A program made the translations under genes and the position numbers. A DNA stretch of 64,000 bases. It comes from an uncultured Rikenella sp. (GTDB lineage: Bacteria > Bacteroidota > Bacteroidia > Bacteroidales > VadinHA17). Position 1 is the first letter of the stretch; every line of letters begins with the position of its first letter. The DNA is taken from NCBI GenBank assembly GCA_964488645.1, contig CAZAVK010000001.1, positions 65,215 through 129,214 on the forward strand. The letters run 5' to 3'. The notes beneath the pieces are model-generated. The model made no database searches, was not told the DNA's origin, and saw only the letters and a list, made by a program, of their open reading frames with translations. This document shows, in pieces, positions 27,201 through 36,856 of this stretch.

Positions 27201-30163
27201 CGGATGTAAGATTTGAGAACCTCGGGAAGGAGCTGGCGGGTGATCTCTACACTGACGATACCCAGCGTATTCTCTATGCCACTGATGCTTCGGCCTATCG
27301 TGAGATACCGGCTGCAGTTACTCGTCCGGCCACCGTTGATGATATCAGGAAGATACTTGCCTTTGCCCGGGGCAACGGCCTCTCGGTGATACCGCGCGGT
27401 GCGGGCACCTCGCTGGCCGGCCAGGTGGTGGGACCAGGCATTGTCATTGATATCTCCAGGTATCTCAACCGTATCATTGAAATCAATGTGGCGGAGCGCT
27501 GGGTGCGGGTTGAGCCGGGGGTTGTGCTAGCCGAGCTCAACCGTGCATTGCTCCCCCACCGCCTGCAGTTCGGTCCGGAGACCTCCACGGCTGACCGCTG
27601 CTGCATGGGAGGCATGCTCGGCAACAACTCCTGCGGGGCCCATTCGCTCATACATGGCAGCGTGCGTGACCACATCCTCGAGATCGATGTCATCCTTTCT
27701 GACGGCACGGAGGCTCACTTCCGGGCACTCACCACCGAAGAGTTCAATGCGAAGTGTGACGGTGACCCTGCCCTGCTTGAGACGGCCATCTACCGTAACC
27801 TGCGTACGATGCTCTCAGATGAGGAGAATGCCGCAGAGATCAGGCGTGAATACCCTCATCCTGAGCTTCAGCGCCGCAACAACGGCTATGCCCTGGATGC
27901 TCTGCTCGAGACAGACCCCTTCACCGGCAATGGTAAAAAGATCAATGTCTGCAAGCTGCTTGCCGGCTCTGAGGGGACCCTTGCCTTCACCATCTCGATG
28001 AAGCTCAACCTGGTGCCTCTCACTGATGATAAGACCGGCCTGCTGTGTGCCCATTTCGGTTCGCTGCAGGATGCGGTCAGGGCCAATATCATTGCCCTCA
28101 GGCACCGGCCGGCCGCCATTGAGCTGATTGACGATTATATTCTCAACTGTACCAAAGATAATATTGAGCAGAACCGCAACCGCTTCTTTGTCAAGGGTGA
28201 CCCGAAGGCTATCCTGCTGATTGAGATCACCCGTCCGACGGTGGATGAGATCGCTGCCGTGGCGGCTGCCATGGAGCGTGACATGAGAGCTGCCGACTAT
28301 GGCTATCACTTCCCGCTCCTCACCGGTGCCGATGAGATGGCAAGGGTGTGGGAACTGCGCAAGGCCGGGCTGGGGGTACTGCTCAACATACCCGGGCCGC
28401 GCAAAAGCGTGCAGGTGATCGAAGACACTGCGGTGCTGCCTGAGTACTTTCCCGATTATATCGCTGAGGCGGGTGGGGTGCTTGCGAAGTATGGCCTCAG
28501 CTGTGCCTACTATGCACATATAGCCACCGGCGAGCTGCATCTCAGCCCGCTGCTCGACCTGAAGGATCCTGATGACATCCGTAGGTTCCGCGGGCTGGCA
28601 GAGGATATGGCGAACCTGGTGAAGAGGTATCGCGGCTCGCTCAGCGGCGAGCACGGCGATGGCCGGCTGCGGGGCGAGTTTATCCCGCTGATGCTGGGGC
28701 CGCATATCTATTGCCTGCTCAGGGAGCTGAAGGGCACCTGGGATCCATACGGTCTCTTCAACCCCGGCAAGATAACCGATACGCCGCCCATAACCGGGAA
28801 CCTGCGCTACCCGCCCGGTGAACGCAGGAGCTACCCCGGGCTGGTCTTCGACTTCCCGGAGCAGGAAGGGCTGCTCTATGCCGCCGAGAAGTGCAGCGGC
28901 TCGGCCGACTGCCGCAAGAGTGCACTCATAGGCGGCACCATGTGTCCGACCTTTATGGCTACCCGTGATGAGGACAAGTCGACCCGTGCCCGCGCCAACA
29001 TACTGAGGGAGTACCTGACCCGGTCAGAGAAGAAGAACCGGTTTGATCATGATGAGATCTACCGTGTGATGGATCTCTGCATCTCGTGCAAGGCGTGCAA
29101 GGCTGAGTGTCCCTCCAATGTTGACATGGCCAAGCTGAAGGCCGAGTTTCTTCAGCACTACTATGACATACACCATGTGCCGTTCAGGGCATGGCTGATA
29201 GCCTGGCTCCCCCGGCTCTACATACCCGGTATGGCCCTCAGGCCTCTCACCAACCTCATTACCGGCACCGCGCTCTTCAGGCGCATGATAGGGTTCACCG
29301 TCAGGCGGCCCATACCCAAGCTCTCGCCGGTCACCCTGCGCGGGTGGGGGAGGCGTCACAGCCGTAAACAGGGGAGCGGTACCGCCGAGGAAGGGGCAGC
29401 AGCCCACACATCGAACGGGTCGAAGGGGACGGTATACCTCTTTGCCGACGAATTCACCAACTACAATGAGAGTGATATAGGTGTCAAGGCGGTGCTGCTG
29501 CTCGAGAGGCTGGGTTACAGGGTGATTATCCCGCGTCACCGCGAGAGCGGCCGCACATTCCTCTCAAAGGGACTGATCAGGTCAGCGCGCAAGGTGGCTA
29601 TACAGAACATTATGATGCTGCGCGATGTTGTCACTGAGGAGCGGCCGCTGCTGGGCATTGAGCCCTCGGCGCTGCTGGCCTTCCGCGATGAGTATCCCGA
29701 GATGACACGCGGGGCGCTCGCCGACGACGCCCGGCGCCTGGCAGGCAACGCGCTGCTGATTGAGGAGTTCATAAGCCGTGAGGCGGAGAAGGGCAACATC
29801 ACCCCTGAGAGCTTCACCGACAGGCCGGCAAGGATACTGCTGCACGGCCACTGCCAGCAGAAGGCGGTAGCCTCAACGGCACCAACCATGAAGATGCTGT
29901 CACTGCCCGCCAACTACACCGTGGAGGAGATAGATGACGGCTGCTGCGGCATGGCGGGCGCCTTCGGGTATGAGAAGGAGCACTATGATATGAGCATGAA
30001 GATCGGGGAGATGATACTCTTCCCGACGGTACGCGCTGCATCGCCCGAGACGGTCATAACCGCCCCGGGAACGTCATGCAGGCACCATATAGCTGACGGC
30101 ACCGGACGGAAGGCGGTGCACCCCGTTGAGGTGCTGCACGATGCATTGATAAGGGAAGGGTAA
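27194..30163 (+). CDS. FAD-binding and (Fe-S)-binding oxidoreductase (GlcD-like + GlcF/CCG-like fusion; D-lactate/D-2-hydroxyacid dehydrogenase-like)
   Basis: FAD_binding_4 motif (VIPRGAGTSLAGQ) and FAD-oxidase C region (GSLSGEHGDG). The CISCKACKAECP cluster motif precedes C-terminal CCG-type domains (HGHCQQK, DDGCCGMAG). Confidence 0.85.
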   Translation: MKPDVRFENLGKELAGDLYTDDTQRILYATDASAYREIPAAVTRPATVDDIRKILAFARGNGLSVIPRGAGTSLAGQVVGPGIVIDISRYLNRIIEINVAERWVRVEPGVVLAELNRALLPHRLQFGPETSTADRCCMGGMLGNNSCGAHSLIHGSVRDHILEIDVILSDGTEAHFRALTTEEFNAKCDGDPALLETAIYRNLRTMLSDEENAAEIRREYPHPELQRRNNGYALDALLETDPFTGNGKKINVCKLLAGSEGTLAFTISMKLNLVPLTDDKTGLLCAHFGSLQDAVRANIIALRHRPAAIELIDDYILNCTKDNIEQNRNRFFVKGDPKAILLIEITRPTVDEIAAVAAAMERDMRAADYGYHFPLLTGADEMARVWELRKAGLGVLLNIPGPRKSVQVIEDTAVLPEYFPDYIAEAGGVLAKYGLSCAYYAHIATGELHLSPLLDLKDPDDIRRFRGLAEDMANLVKRYRGSLSGEHGDGRLRGEFIPLMLGPHIYCLLRELKGTWDPYGLFNPGKITDTPPITGNLRYPPGERRSYPGLVFDFPEQEGLLYAAEKCSGSADCRKSALIGGTMCPTFMATRDEDKSTRARANILREYLTRSEKKNRFDHDEIYRVMDLCISCKACKAECPSNVDMAKLKAEFLQHYYDIHHVPFRAWLIAWLPRLYIPGMALRPLTNLITGTALFRRMIGFTVRRPIPKLSPVTLRGWGRRHSRKQGSGTAEEGAAAHTSNGSKGTVYLFADEFTNYNESDIGVKAVLLLERLGYRVIIPRHRESGRTFLSKGLIRSARKVAIQNIMMLRDVVTEERPLLGIEPSALLAFRDEYPEMTRGALADDARRLAGNALLIEEFISREAEKGNITPESFTDRPARILLHGHCQQKAVASTAPTMKMLSLPANYTVEEIDDGCCGMAGAFGYEKEHYDMSMKIGEMILFPTVRAASPETVITAPGTSCRHHIADGTGRKAVHPVEVLHDALIREG

Positions 30164-30345
30164 GACGGCAGCACGGTGAAGAGATGCCGGCGCCGCAAAA
30201 GCATGCAGGAGCCGGCCTGCCGGTGACAAGCGGAAGCAGGAGTTATTGCCTGACCGGACTCTGAACGGGAGAGAAGGGGCGGGTGCTGCTGTGAAGAGTT
30301 GTAAATGCAAAACTACGATAACCGAGGTAATCAAACAGACAAACC

Positions 30346-32676
30346 ATGAATACTCCGCATTTCAGTAAGGTTGAGCAGACCTTTTTCAAACGGTCGGGCA
30401 GGAACAGCATATCTACGCGGCTGCCATACATAGTGGTTGACAATCTGCCGGGGCTGGGGCTGATGACCTCACTCAGGTTCCTGGAGTGGGTCGCTGAGAA
30501 CCCCGAGGGGGTGATAAGCCTCCCCACCGGGAAGACCCCCGAGTACTTCATCAAGTGGACGAAATACCTGCTGGACAACTGGGACAGTCCCGAATCACGG
30601 AGGATAAGGGAGGATAACGGCCTCTTCCTCACGGAGAAGCCGTCGCTGAAGAAGCTCCATTTTGTGCAGATAGATGAGTTCTATCCCATCGATCCGCGTC
30701 AGCACAACAGCTTTTATGACTACGTCTCCAGGTTCTATATCCGTGATTTCGGGCTCGATCCGTCGCGTGCGCTGCTTATCAATTCCGAGGAGATTGTACT
30801 GGCCGGCGGCAAGCATTTTTCCGAAGTATTTCCCGATAACACGATTGATCTCTCGCTGCGTAACCGGGCCACCAACAGTGCCCTGGAGGAGCTGCAGCAG
30901 GAGTCGCTTTTCAGGATAGACAACTGGTGTACTGCCTATGAGAAAAAGATACGTGCCCTGGGAGGAATCGGTTTCTTTCTCGGCGGTATCGGCCCTGACG
31001 GCCATATTGCCTTCAACACCCGCGGGAGCGATCACAACTCGGCCACCAGGCTGACGGCCACCAACTTCGAGACACAGGCCGCCTCGGCGGGTGATCTGGG
31101 CGGGATAGAGGTGTCACGTACCAGGCTGGTTATAACCATCGGGCTGGGAACCATCACCTTCAACCCCGATGCGGTAGCCATCATCTTTGCGGCCGGCGAT
31201 GCCAAGGCGCTGGTGGTGAGGGATGCGCTCGAGAATGAGCCCGACAACCTCTATCCGGCAACCGTACTCCAGAGCCTGCGGAACGCCAGGTTCTACCTCA
31301 CCGAGGGAGCATCGGTGCAGTTGCATGACTCCATTGAGCGCTATTACCGTGAGGGGGAGTGGACCTTTGATAAGACCGAGAGGGCGATCTTCGACCTCTG
31401 CCAGCGTATCCAGAAGTATGCCCACAACCTGGTCATTGACGACCTCCGGAATGACAGGTATTGTTCGATGATACCCGACCTGAGCCTCCAAAGGGTTGAG
31501 GAGGTGATTGAGTCAACCAAGCGCAAGATGGAAAAGGGGCTTCTGAAAGAGCACAACACCACCTTCTTCCATACCGGCCCCCATCATGATGATATAATGT
31601 TGGGTATCCTGCCTGCAATCATCCCGCAGCTGCGGGAGATAACCAACAGGTTTCACTTCTCGGTACTGACCTCAGGCTTCACTGCGGTAACCAATGACAT
31701 GATACTAAGCCTGCTGGAGGCGACACGCCGGCTTATCGGGCAGGGGCTGATACAGATGCTGCAGTATCCTGACTTCTTTGAATCGGGCTACCGTTTCAAG
31801 TGGGACAAGGATGTGAGCCACTATCTTGACAAGGTGGCCGACAAGGATGAGCAGGGTAAGCTCAGGGGCTTGTGTCACCGGATAGTGCGTGCCATGGTTG
31901 ATATTTACAAGCTTAAGAACCGTGAGGAGCTGGTTGATCAGATCAACCGTAACATCGAACTGCTGAAAAGCAGCTACAGCGGGGAGAAGAACCCGCCCGA
32001 CATACAGTTGCTCAAGGGTATGCTGAGAGAGTATGAGGAGGAGCTGGTATGGGCCCACTATGGTGTCCAGGTACGCAACATCGAGCATCTTCGGCTGGGG
32101 TTCTATACCGGAGACATCTTCACCCAGCAGCCTGACAAGCACCGTGATGTCAAACCGATCCTGGAGTGTCTCAGGCGTATCTCGCCTGATGTGATCAGCC
32201 TCGCCTTTGATCCTGAGGGCTCGGGCCCAGACACCCACTACAAGGTGCTGCAGGCCATCGCCGAGGCCCTCAGGCAGTGGGGTGCCGAGAGAGACCTCTC
32301 CGGACTGCGCATTATCGGTTACCGTAATGTGTGGTTCAGGTTCCGGCCGTCAGAGGCCAACGTCTTCGTACCGGTCTCTCTCAACTCCATGGCAGTGCTG
32401 AATCAGTCATTCCGCGACTGCTATGTCAGCCAGGTGAACGCATCCTTCCCCAGCCCGCAGTATGACGGTCCGTTCAGTGACCTCTCACAGCAGGTATGGG
32501 TTGAGCAGTTCAAGCAGGTGCAGCTCATACTGGGCAAGAACTTCTTCTATGAGAATGAGAGTCCGAAGATAAGGGGCACCCACGGCATGGTCTACTATCG
32601 CGAGATGACCGTGGACGAGTTCCTGCAGCATGCCCGCGTGCTAGAGAAGAGCGTTGAGGGGGTACCTATCCACTGA
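30346..32676 (+). CDS. Glucosamine-6-phosphate deaminase-like domain fused to LmbE/PIG-L-like deacetylase domain
   Basis: N-terminal NagB motifs (LPTGKTPEYF, VQIDEFYP, GIGPDGHIAFN). The C-terminal region has GPHHDDIMLG and GPDTHYK, typical of PIG-L zinc deacetylases. Confidence 0.75.
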   Translation: MNTPHFSKVEQTFFKRSGRNSISTRLPYIVVDNLPGLGLMTSLRFLEWVAENPEGVISLPTGKTPEYFIKWTKYLLDNWDSPESRRIREDNGLFLTEKPSLKKLHFVQIDEFYPIDPRQHNSFYDYVSRFYIRDFGLDPSRALLINSEEIVLAGGKHFSEVFPDNTIDLSLRNRATNSALEELQQESLFRIDNWCTAYEKKIRALGGIGFFLGGIGPDGHIAFNTRGSDHNSATRLTATNFETQAASAGDLGGIEVSRTRLVITIGLGTITFNPDAVAIIFAAGDAKALVVRDALENEPDNLYPATVLQSLRNARFYLTEGASVQLHDSIERYYREGEWTFDKTERAIFDLCQRIQKYAHNLVIDDLRNDRYCSMIPDLSLQRVEEVIESTKRKMEKGLLKEHNTTFFHTGPHHDDIMLGILPAIIPQLREITNRFHFSVLTSGFTAVTNDMILSLLEATRRLIGQGLIQMLQYPDFFESGYRFKWDKDVSHYLDKVADKDEQGKLRGLCHRIVRAMVDIYKLKNREELVDQINRNIELLKSSYSGEKNPPDIQLLKGMLREYEEELVWAHYGVQVRNIEHLRLGFYTGDIFTQQPDKHRDVKPILECLRRISPDVISLAFDPEGSGPDTHYKVLQAIAEALRQWGAERDLSGLRIIGYRNVWFRFRPSEANVFVPVSLNSMAVLNQSFRDCYVSQVNASFPSPQYDGPFSDLSQQVWVEQFKQVQLILGKNFFYENESPKIRGTHGMVYYREMTVDEFLQHARVLEKSVEGVPIH

Positions 32677-32749
32677 CCGGTCAGCCCGGTAAGGGAGGGT
32701 TGGCAGCCGGTTCGTGAAAGCATCGCTTCCGGCAGCCCGTCACGCCGTT

Positions 32750-32784
32750 GATGTGCAGCATGGGGGCATCCGTTGCTGCACATC
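32750..32784. terminator. Perfect 11-bp stem hairpin between convergent genes
   Basis: GATGTGCAGCA, a 13-nt loop, then TGCTGCACATC. No strong U-tract on either side. Confidence 0.4.
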
Positions 32785-32803
32785 TTCAGCCGCATCTGCC
32801 TGT

Positions 32804-34060
32804 TCAGTCATAGAGGAAGTACCTGGAAGCCTTTGCCCTGAAGGTTGGGATATCGTCACTCCACATTCCGGCGATATCGCTCACTCTGAATGATTTTACG
32901 AACTCCTTCCGTACCTGGTCGGTTCCGCACACCTTGTCGAACATGGAGAGGCGTGACGGGTCACACATTTCGAACAGGTTCCGGTCGGGCCACAGACGGT
33001 GAGCCTCCTGCATTATGTAGAACTGTATCAGTGAGAGCGGTGCTGCAGCCGGGTCGGTTATGTGTATCTGAACCCCATGTACCATGGTGCCCTGCAGTGT
33101 GCTGTAATAGGGTTTGTAGTGCACCGGTCTGAATATTATTCCCGGCAGCTTCAGGCTGTTGAGTGCCGCGGTGAGTGAATCGGCATTGATCCATTCGGCG
33201 GCGAAAGTCTGAAAGGGTGTGGTATAACCCACCCCTATGCTGACGGCATAGAGTTCACCTGCTATGCCTGTTGCCGGGTAGTACAGTGGTGAATCGCCAT
33301 GAGGTATGTGCGGTGATGAGGGGACCCATGGCAGGCCTGTGTCTCCGAACCACATGTTTCTTTTCCATCCCTTCATCCTGATTACATGAAGGTCACACTT
33401 CACGCTGCCGGCCAGCATGCCCTCCCCGTTCAGCAGCATGGCCAGCTCACCCACGGTGAGTCCGTGCACATAGGGGATGGCGAACTGACTGACGAATGAG
33501 AAGAAGCCCGGACGGGTGACCACACCCTCCATCCTGATGCCGCCAAGCGGATTAGGACGGTCAAGCACCACCACCGGTATGTTGTTCTCGGCGGCCGCCT
33601 CCATCAGCAGCCCGAGGGTACTGATGAAGGTATATGAGCGCGAACCGATATCCTGAATGTCATAGACAAGTATATCAATGCCGCGAAGCATCTCGGGAGT
33701 GGGCTTGCGGGTCTTGCCGTAAAGACTGTAGACTGGCAGGCCGGTGGCCGGATCGGTCTCCGACTCCACATATTCACCCGCTGTAAACTCACCCCTGACG
33801 CCATGCTCGGGCCCATAAAGGGCAGCCAGGGTGACCCCGGGAGCATTGTTCAGCAGGTCAACGGCCGATCTCAGATGGCGGTCAACCCCGGTCGGATTGG
33901 TTACAAGCCCCACACGCCTGCCCCGAAGAATCTCAAAATTACTTTTCACCAGAACCTCCAGCCCGGTCTCAATATGCGGTCCCTCATCATTGATGGCAAC
34001 ACATGAGGAGGAGGAGCAAAGGATTGCTATGAAAACAATCTTACTGATCATCTTTTGCAT
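32804..34060 (-). CDS. DUF1343 family protein, exo-beta-N-acetylmuramidase (NamZ/YbbC)-like lipoprotein
   Basis: Signal peptide/lipobox (ILCSSSSC). DUF1343-type motifs (VGLVTNPTGVD, LYGPEHGVRG, ILVYDIQDIGSR). Confidence 0.8.
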   Translation of the reverse strand: MQKMISKIVFIAILCSSSSCVAINDEGPHIETGLEVLVKSNFEILRGRRVGLVTNPTGVDRHLRSAVDLLNNAPGVTLAALYGPEHGVRGEFTAGEYVESETDPATGLPVYSLYGKTRKPTPEMLRGIDILVYDIQDIGSRSYTFISTLGLLMEAAAENNIPVVVLDRPNPLGGIRMEGVVTRPGFFSFVSQFAIPYVHGLTVGELAMLLNGEGMLAGSVKCDLHVIRMKGWKRNMWFGDTGLPWVPSSPHIPHGDSPLYYPATGIAGELYAVSIGVGYTTPFQTFAAEWINADSLTAALNSLKLPGIIFRPVHYKPYYSTLQGTMVHGVQIHITDPAAAPLSLIQFYIMQEAHRLWPDRNLFEMCDPSRLSMFDKVCGTDQVRKEFVKSFRVSDIAGMWSDDIPTFRAKASRYFLYD

Positions 34061-34229
34061 ATCACCTGTTATTTGTATAATTGACCTGTTTTAGGGCGCA
34101 CGACCAAACATCAACTGCTTGAGATTGTTTGTCAAAAGGATAACAGATGATATTTGTCATTATGCCGGTTTGTTGTCTGACAAGTTAAATAAAATTCAAT
34201 TGTCTATTGACTTGCATTTTATAAATAAT

Positions 34230-34237
34230 TACTTTTG
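34230..34237 (+). promoter_or_regulatory. Candidate -7 promoter box (TACTTTTG)
   Basis: Exact TAnnTTTG, 28 nt upstream of the ATG at 34265. Confidence 0.4.
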
Positions 34238-34245
34238 GTTATGTA

Positions 34246-34260
34246 AGATGTAATACAACT
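34246..34260. promoter_or_regulatory. Candidate operator AGATGTAATACAACT
   Basis: 14/15 identical to the perfect palindrome at 36857-36871. It lies between the -7 box and the start codon. Confidence 0.5.
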
Positions 34261-34264
34261 TTTC

Positions 34265-35437
34265 ATGAAAACCTTAAACTACCTGATTCTGTTAATTCTG
34301 GCAATTCTTGTTTCCGGCTGTCATTCACGGGAGGTGCCGGCTGATCTTCAGGAGCAGTTGGATATCATTGTTAAAGAGGCTGTTCCGCAGGGCGGAGAGT
34401 CGCTCTGTGATGTTACTTTCAAGATGTCAGATGGAGCCCTTCTCATTGCCCGGGGTGTTACCGACATGCCTGAGGCGAAGGAGAGGATCATTGGCCTGCT
34501 TGAGAAGCGGGGTCTGAAATATGCTGACAGCATCACCCTTTTGCCTGATCCGGCGGTTGTTGACAAGCCATGGGGTCTGGTCAGTGTGAGTGTCTGCAAC
34601 ATGCGGTCGAGGCGGTCTCATACCTCTGAGCTGGTGACTCAGGCGCTGATGGGCACCCCGGTTCAGATCCTCGACAAGCAGGGGGGATGGCTGCTGATCC
34701 GTACTCCTGATTTCTATACCGGCTGGACGGATGATCCGGTTGCTGAGCTGAGTGACGTGGAGCATGATGCATGGAAGGCCGGAGAGAGGCTGATTTATAC
34801 CGGTTATACCGGTGTTATAACCGATGCCGGCGGCGGAACCGTCTCTGATGCCGTTTTCGGGATCGTTCTTGCCAGGACCGGCTCCAGGGGCGATTACTGG
34901 ACGGTGGCTCTGCCTGATGGCAGAACCGGTGAGGTGAAGAAGGGGGAAACGGAAGATTTCAGGAAGTGGGCAGTGAATGCCACCATTGAGCCGGCCAGGC
35001 TGATCCGTTTTGCCAGGCAGTTCCTGGGTACGCCCTATCTATGGGGAGGCACCTCAACCAAGATGCTTGACTGCAGCGGGCTCACCAAAACCGTTTATTA
35101 TTATGGCGGGGTTATACTTACACGTGATGCCTCGGGGCAGATGCGATACGGTGATGTGGTAAGTATCGACAACCCTCTAGAGAGTCTGCAGCCGGGCGAT
35201 CTGCTCTTCTGGGGCCGTGAGAGGAATGGCAGGGTGAGCATCACCCATACGGGCCTCTATATCGGTGAGGGTGAGTATATTCACTCATCGGCACTGGTAC
35301 GGATAAACAGCTTTGACCCCGGCAAGGCAAACTACAACGCCTATCTCCGTGAGATACTTCAGGGAGTAAGGCGGGTGACGGGCTTTACCGAAGGCAAGGG
35401 CCTTCAGCGCCTGTCTGAGAACAGCTGGTATTTCTGA
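34265..35437 (+). CDS. NlpC/P60 family peptidase lipoprotein with SH3b-like domains (gamma-D-Glu-diamino acid endopeptidase, YkfC-like)
   Basis: Lipobox (LVSGC). SH3-like N-terminal repeats. Catalytic Cys context (YLWGGTSTKMLDCSGL) and a downstream His (ITHTGLYIG). Confidence 0.8.
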   Translation: MKTLNYLILLILAILVSGCHSREVPADLQEQLDIIVKEAVPQGGESLCDVTFKMSDGALLIARGVTDMPEAKERIIGLLEKRGLKYADSITLLPDPAVVDKPWGLVSVSVCNMRSRRSHTSELVTQALMGTPVQILDKQGGWLLIRTPDFYTGWTDDPVAELSDVEHDAWKAGERLIYTGYTGVITDAGGGTVSDAVFGIVLARTGSRGDYWTVALPDGRTGEVKKGETEDFRKWAVNATIEPARLIRFARQFLGTPYLWGGTSTKMLDCSGLTKTVYYYGGVILTRDASGQMRYGDVVSIDNPLESLQPGDLLFWGRERNGRVSITHTGLYIGEGEYIHSSALVRINSFDPGKANYNAYLREILQGVRRVTGFTEGKGLQRLSENSWYF

Positions 35438-35527
35438 TTACCCGTACTCCGGCAGCCGGGCACCTTCAGGGCCGGGCTTCAAGGGTACATTATGCAGAGA
35501 CCTTTGGAAACCCATAATTAACCTTAC

Positions 35528-36670
35528 ATGAAAAAAAGAGATTTTATCAAGATCGGCGGCCTGGCGGCAGGAGCCATGCTGGCCGGTTGCAGATCCTCTT
35601 CCGGTGATTCAGGTGCCGCCGGCAAGGGTCCGGCCCTCATCAGGAGGGGCGGCAGGCTGAGGCTCAGTTATGAGCCGTATGAGCTCCAGCTCAGGCATGT
35701 CTTTACCGTTGCCACCTTCTCACGTACCACCACGCCGGTAGTCCTGACCACCATCGACTATGACGGTGTCAGGGGTTACGGAGAGGCGTCGATGCCTCCT
35801 TACCTGGGCGAGAGCCATGAGTCGGTACTGAACTTCCTCTCCAGGGTGGATCTCGAACAGTTCAGTGACCCTTTCATGAAAGAGGATATCCTGGCCTATG
35901 TCAATGGCATCATGCCCGGCAACAATGCGGCCAAGGCCTCGATTGACATTGCTCTCCATGACCTCATCGGCAAGCTGCTCGGGCAGCCCTGGTTCAGGCT
36001 CTGGGGCCTTGATCCGCGGAAGGCGCCCGTGACATGTTATACTATAGGTATAGACACTGCAGAGGTGGTCAGGGAGAAGACGCTTGAGGCAGCCGGGTTC
36101 AGCCTGCTCAAGATCAAGCTGGGCAAGGATAATGACCGCGAGATGATTGACACCGTTCGCTCAGTCACCGATGTCCCGATCTTTGTGGATGTCAACCAGG
36201 GGTGGACCGACCGCAACTATGCCCTTGAGATGGTGCACTATCTCTATGAGAACGGTGCCCTCTTTGTTGAACAGCCCATGCCGAAGGAGCGGATTGACGA
36301 CACCGCCTGGCTGACCGAGAGGAGCCCCATCCCTATAGTTGCCGATGAGGCGCTGCAGACACCTGATCAGCTGCTGGGCCTGAAAGGGGTCTACAACGGC
36401 ATCAACATCAAGCTGATGAAGTGCGGAGGAATGCATAACGGCTACAAGATGATTACCATTGCCCGGGAGATGGGAATGAAGATACTGATAGGCTGTATGA
36501 CGGAGACATCATGTGCCATCTCGGCGGCAGCACAGCTATCACCCCTTGTCGACTGGGCTGATCTTGATGGCAATCTGCTGATCAGCAATGATATCTATGA
36601 AGGAATGACCGTGGTTGACGGACAGATAGTACTGCCCGACCGGCCAGGTATAGGGATTGTCAGAATCTGA
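35528..36670 (+). CDS. Dipeptide epimerase of the enolase superfamily (L-Ala-D/L-Glu epimerase-like) with N-terminal export/lipoprotein-like signal
   Basis: Enolase-superfamily metal and catalytic contexts (KIKLG, FVDVNQGW, EQP, ADE, NIKLMKCGG). A ~45 aa N-terminal extension reads KKRDFIKIGGLAAGAMLAGC. Confidence 0.8.
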   Translation: MKKRDFIKIGGLAAGAMLAGCRSSSGDSGAAGKGPALIRRGGRLRLSYEPYELQLRHVFTVATFSRTTTPVVLTTIDYDGVRGYGEASMPPYLGESHESVLNFLSRVDLEQFSDPFMKEDILAYVNGIMPGNNAAKASIDIALHDLIGKLLGQPWFRLWGLDPRKAPVTCYTIGIDTAEVVREKTLEAAGFSLLKIKLGKDNDREMIDTVRSVTDVPIFVDVNQGWTDRNYALEMVHYLYENGALFVEQPMPKERIDDTAWLTERSPIPIVADEALQTPDQLLGLKGVYNGINIKLMKCGGMHNGYKMITIAREMGMKILIGCMTETSCAISAAAQLSPLVDWADLDGNLLISNDIYEGMTVVDGQIVLPDRPGIGIVRI

Positions 36671-36856
36671 AAATAGAAGCGGGGGCAATACGTGCAGGCA
36701 TAAGAGAGATTTTGTTATATTGTCCCTGCCGGATTCAGCTGCCATGTGGCAACAACAGAATTATTTTTCCAAACTCTTAATAACACTAACATGAGAACAA
36801 AACCAGCAACCTCCTTATATAAGGGAGATTCAGCACTGCATGAAAAATTGTTTGAA

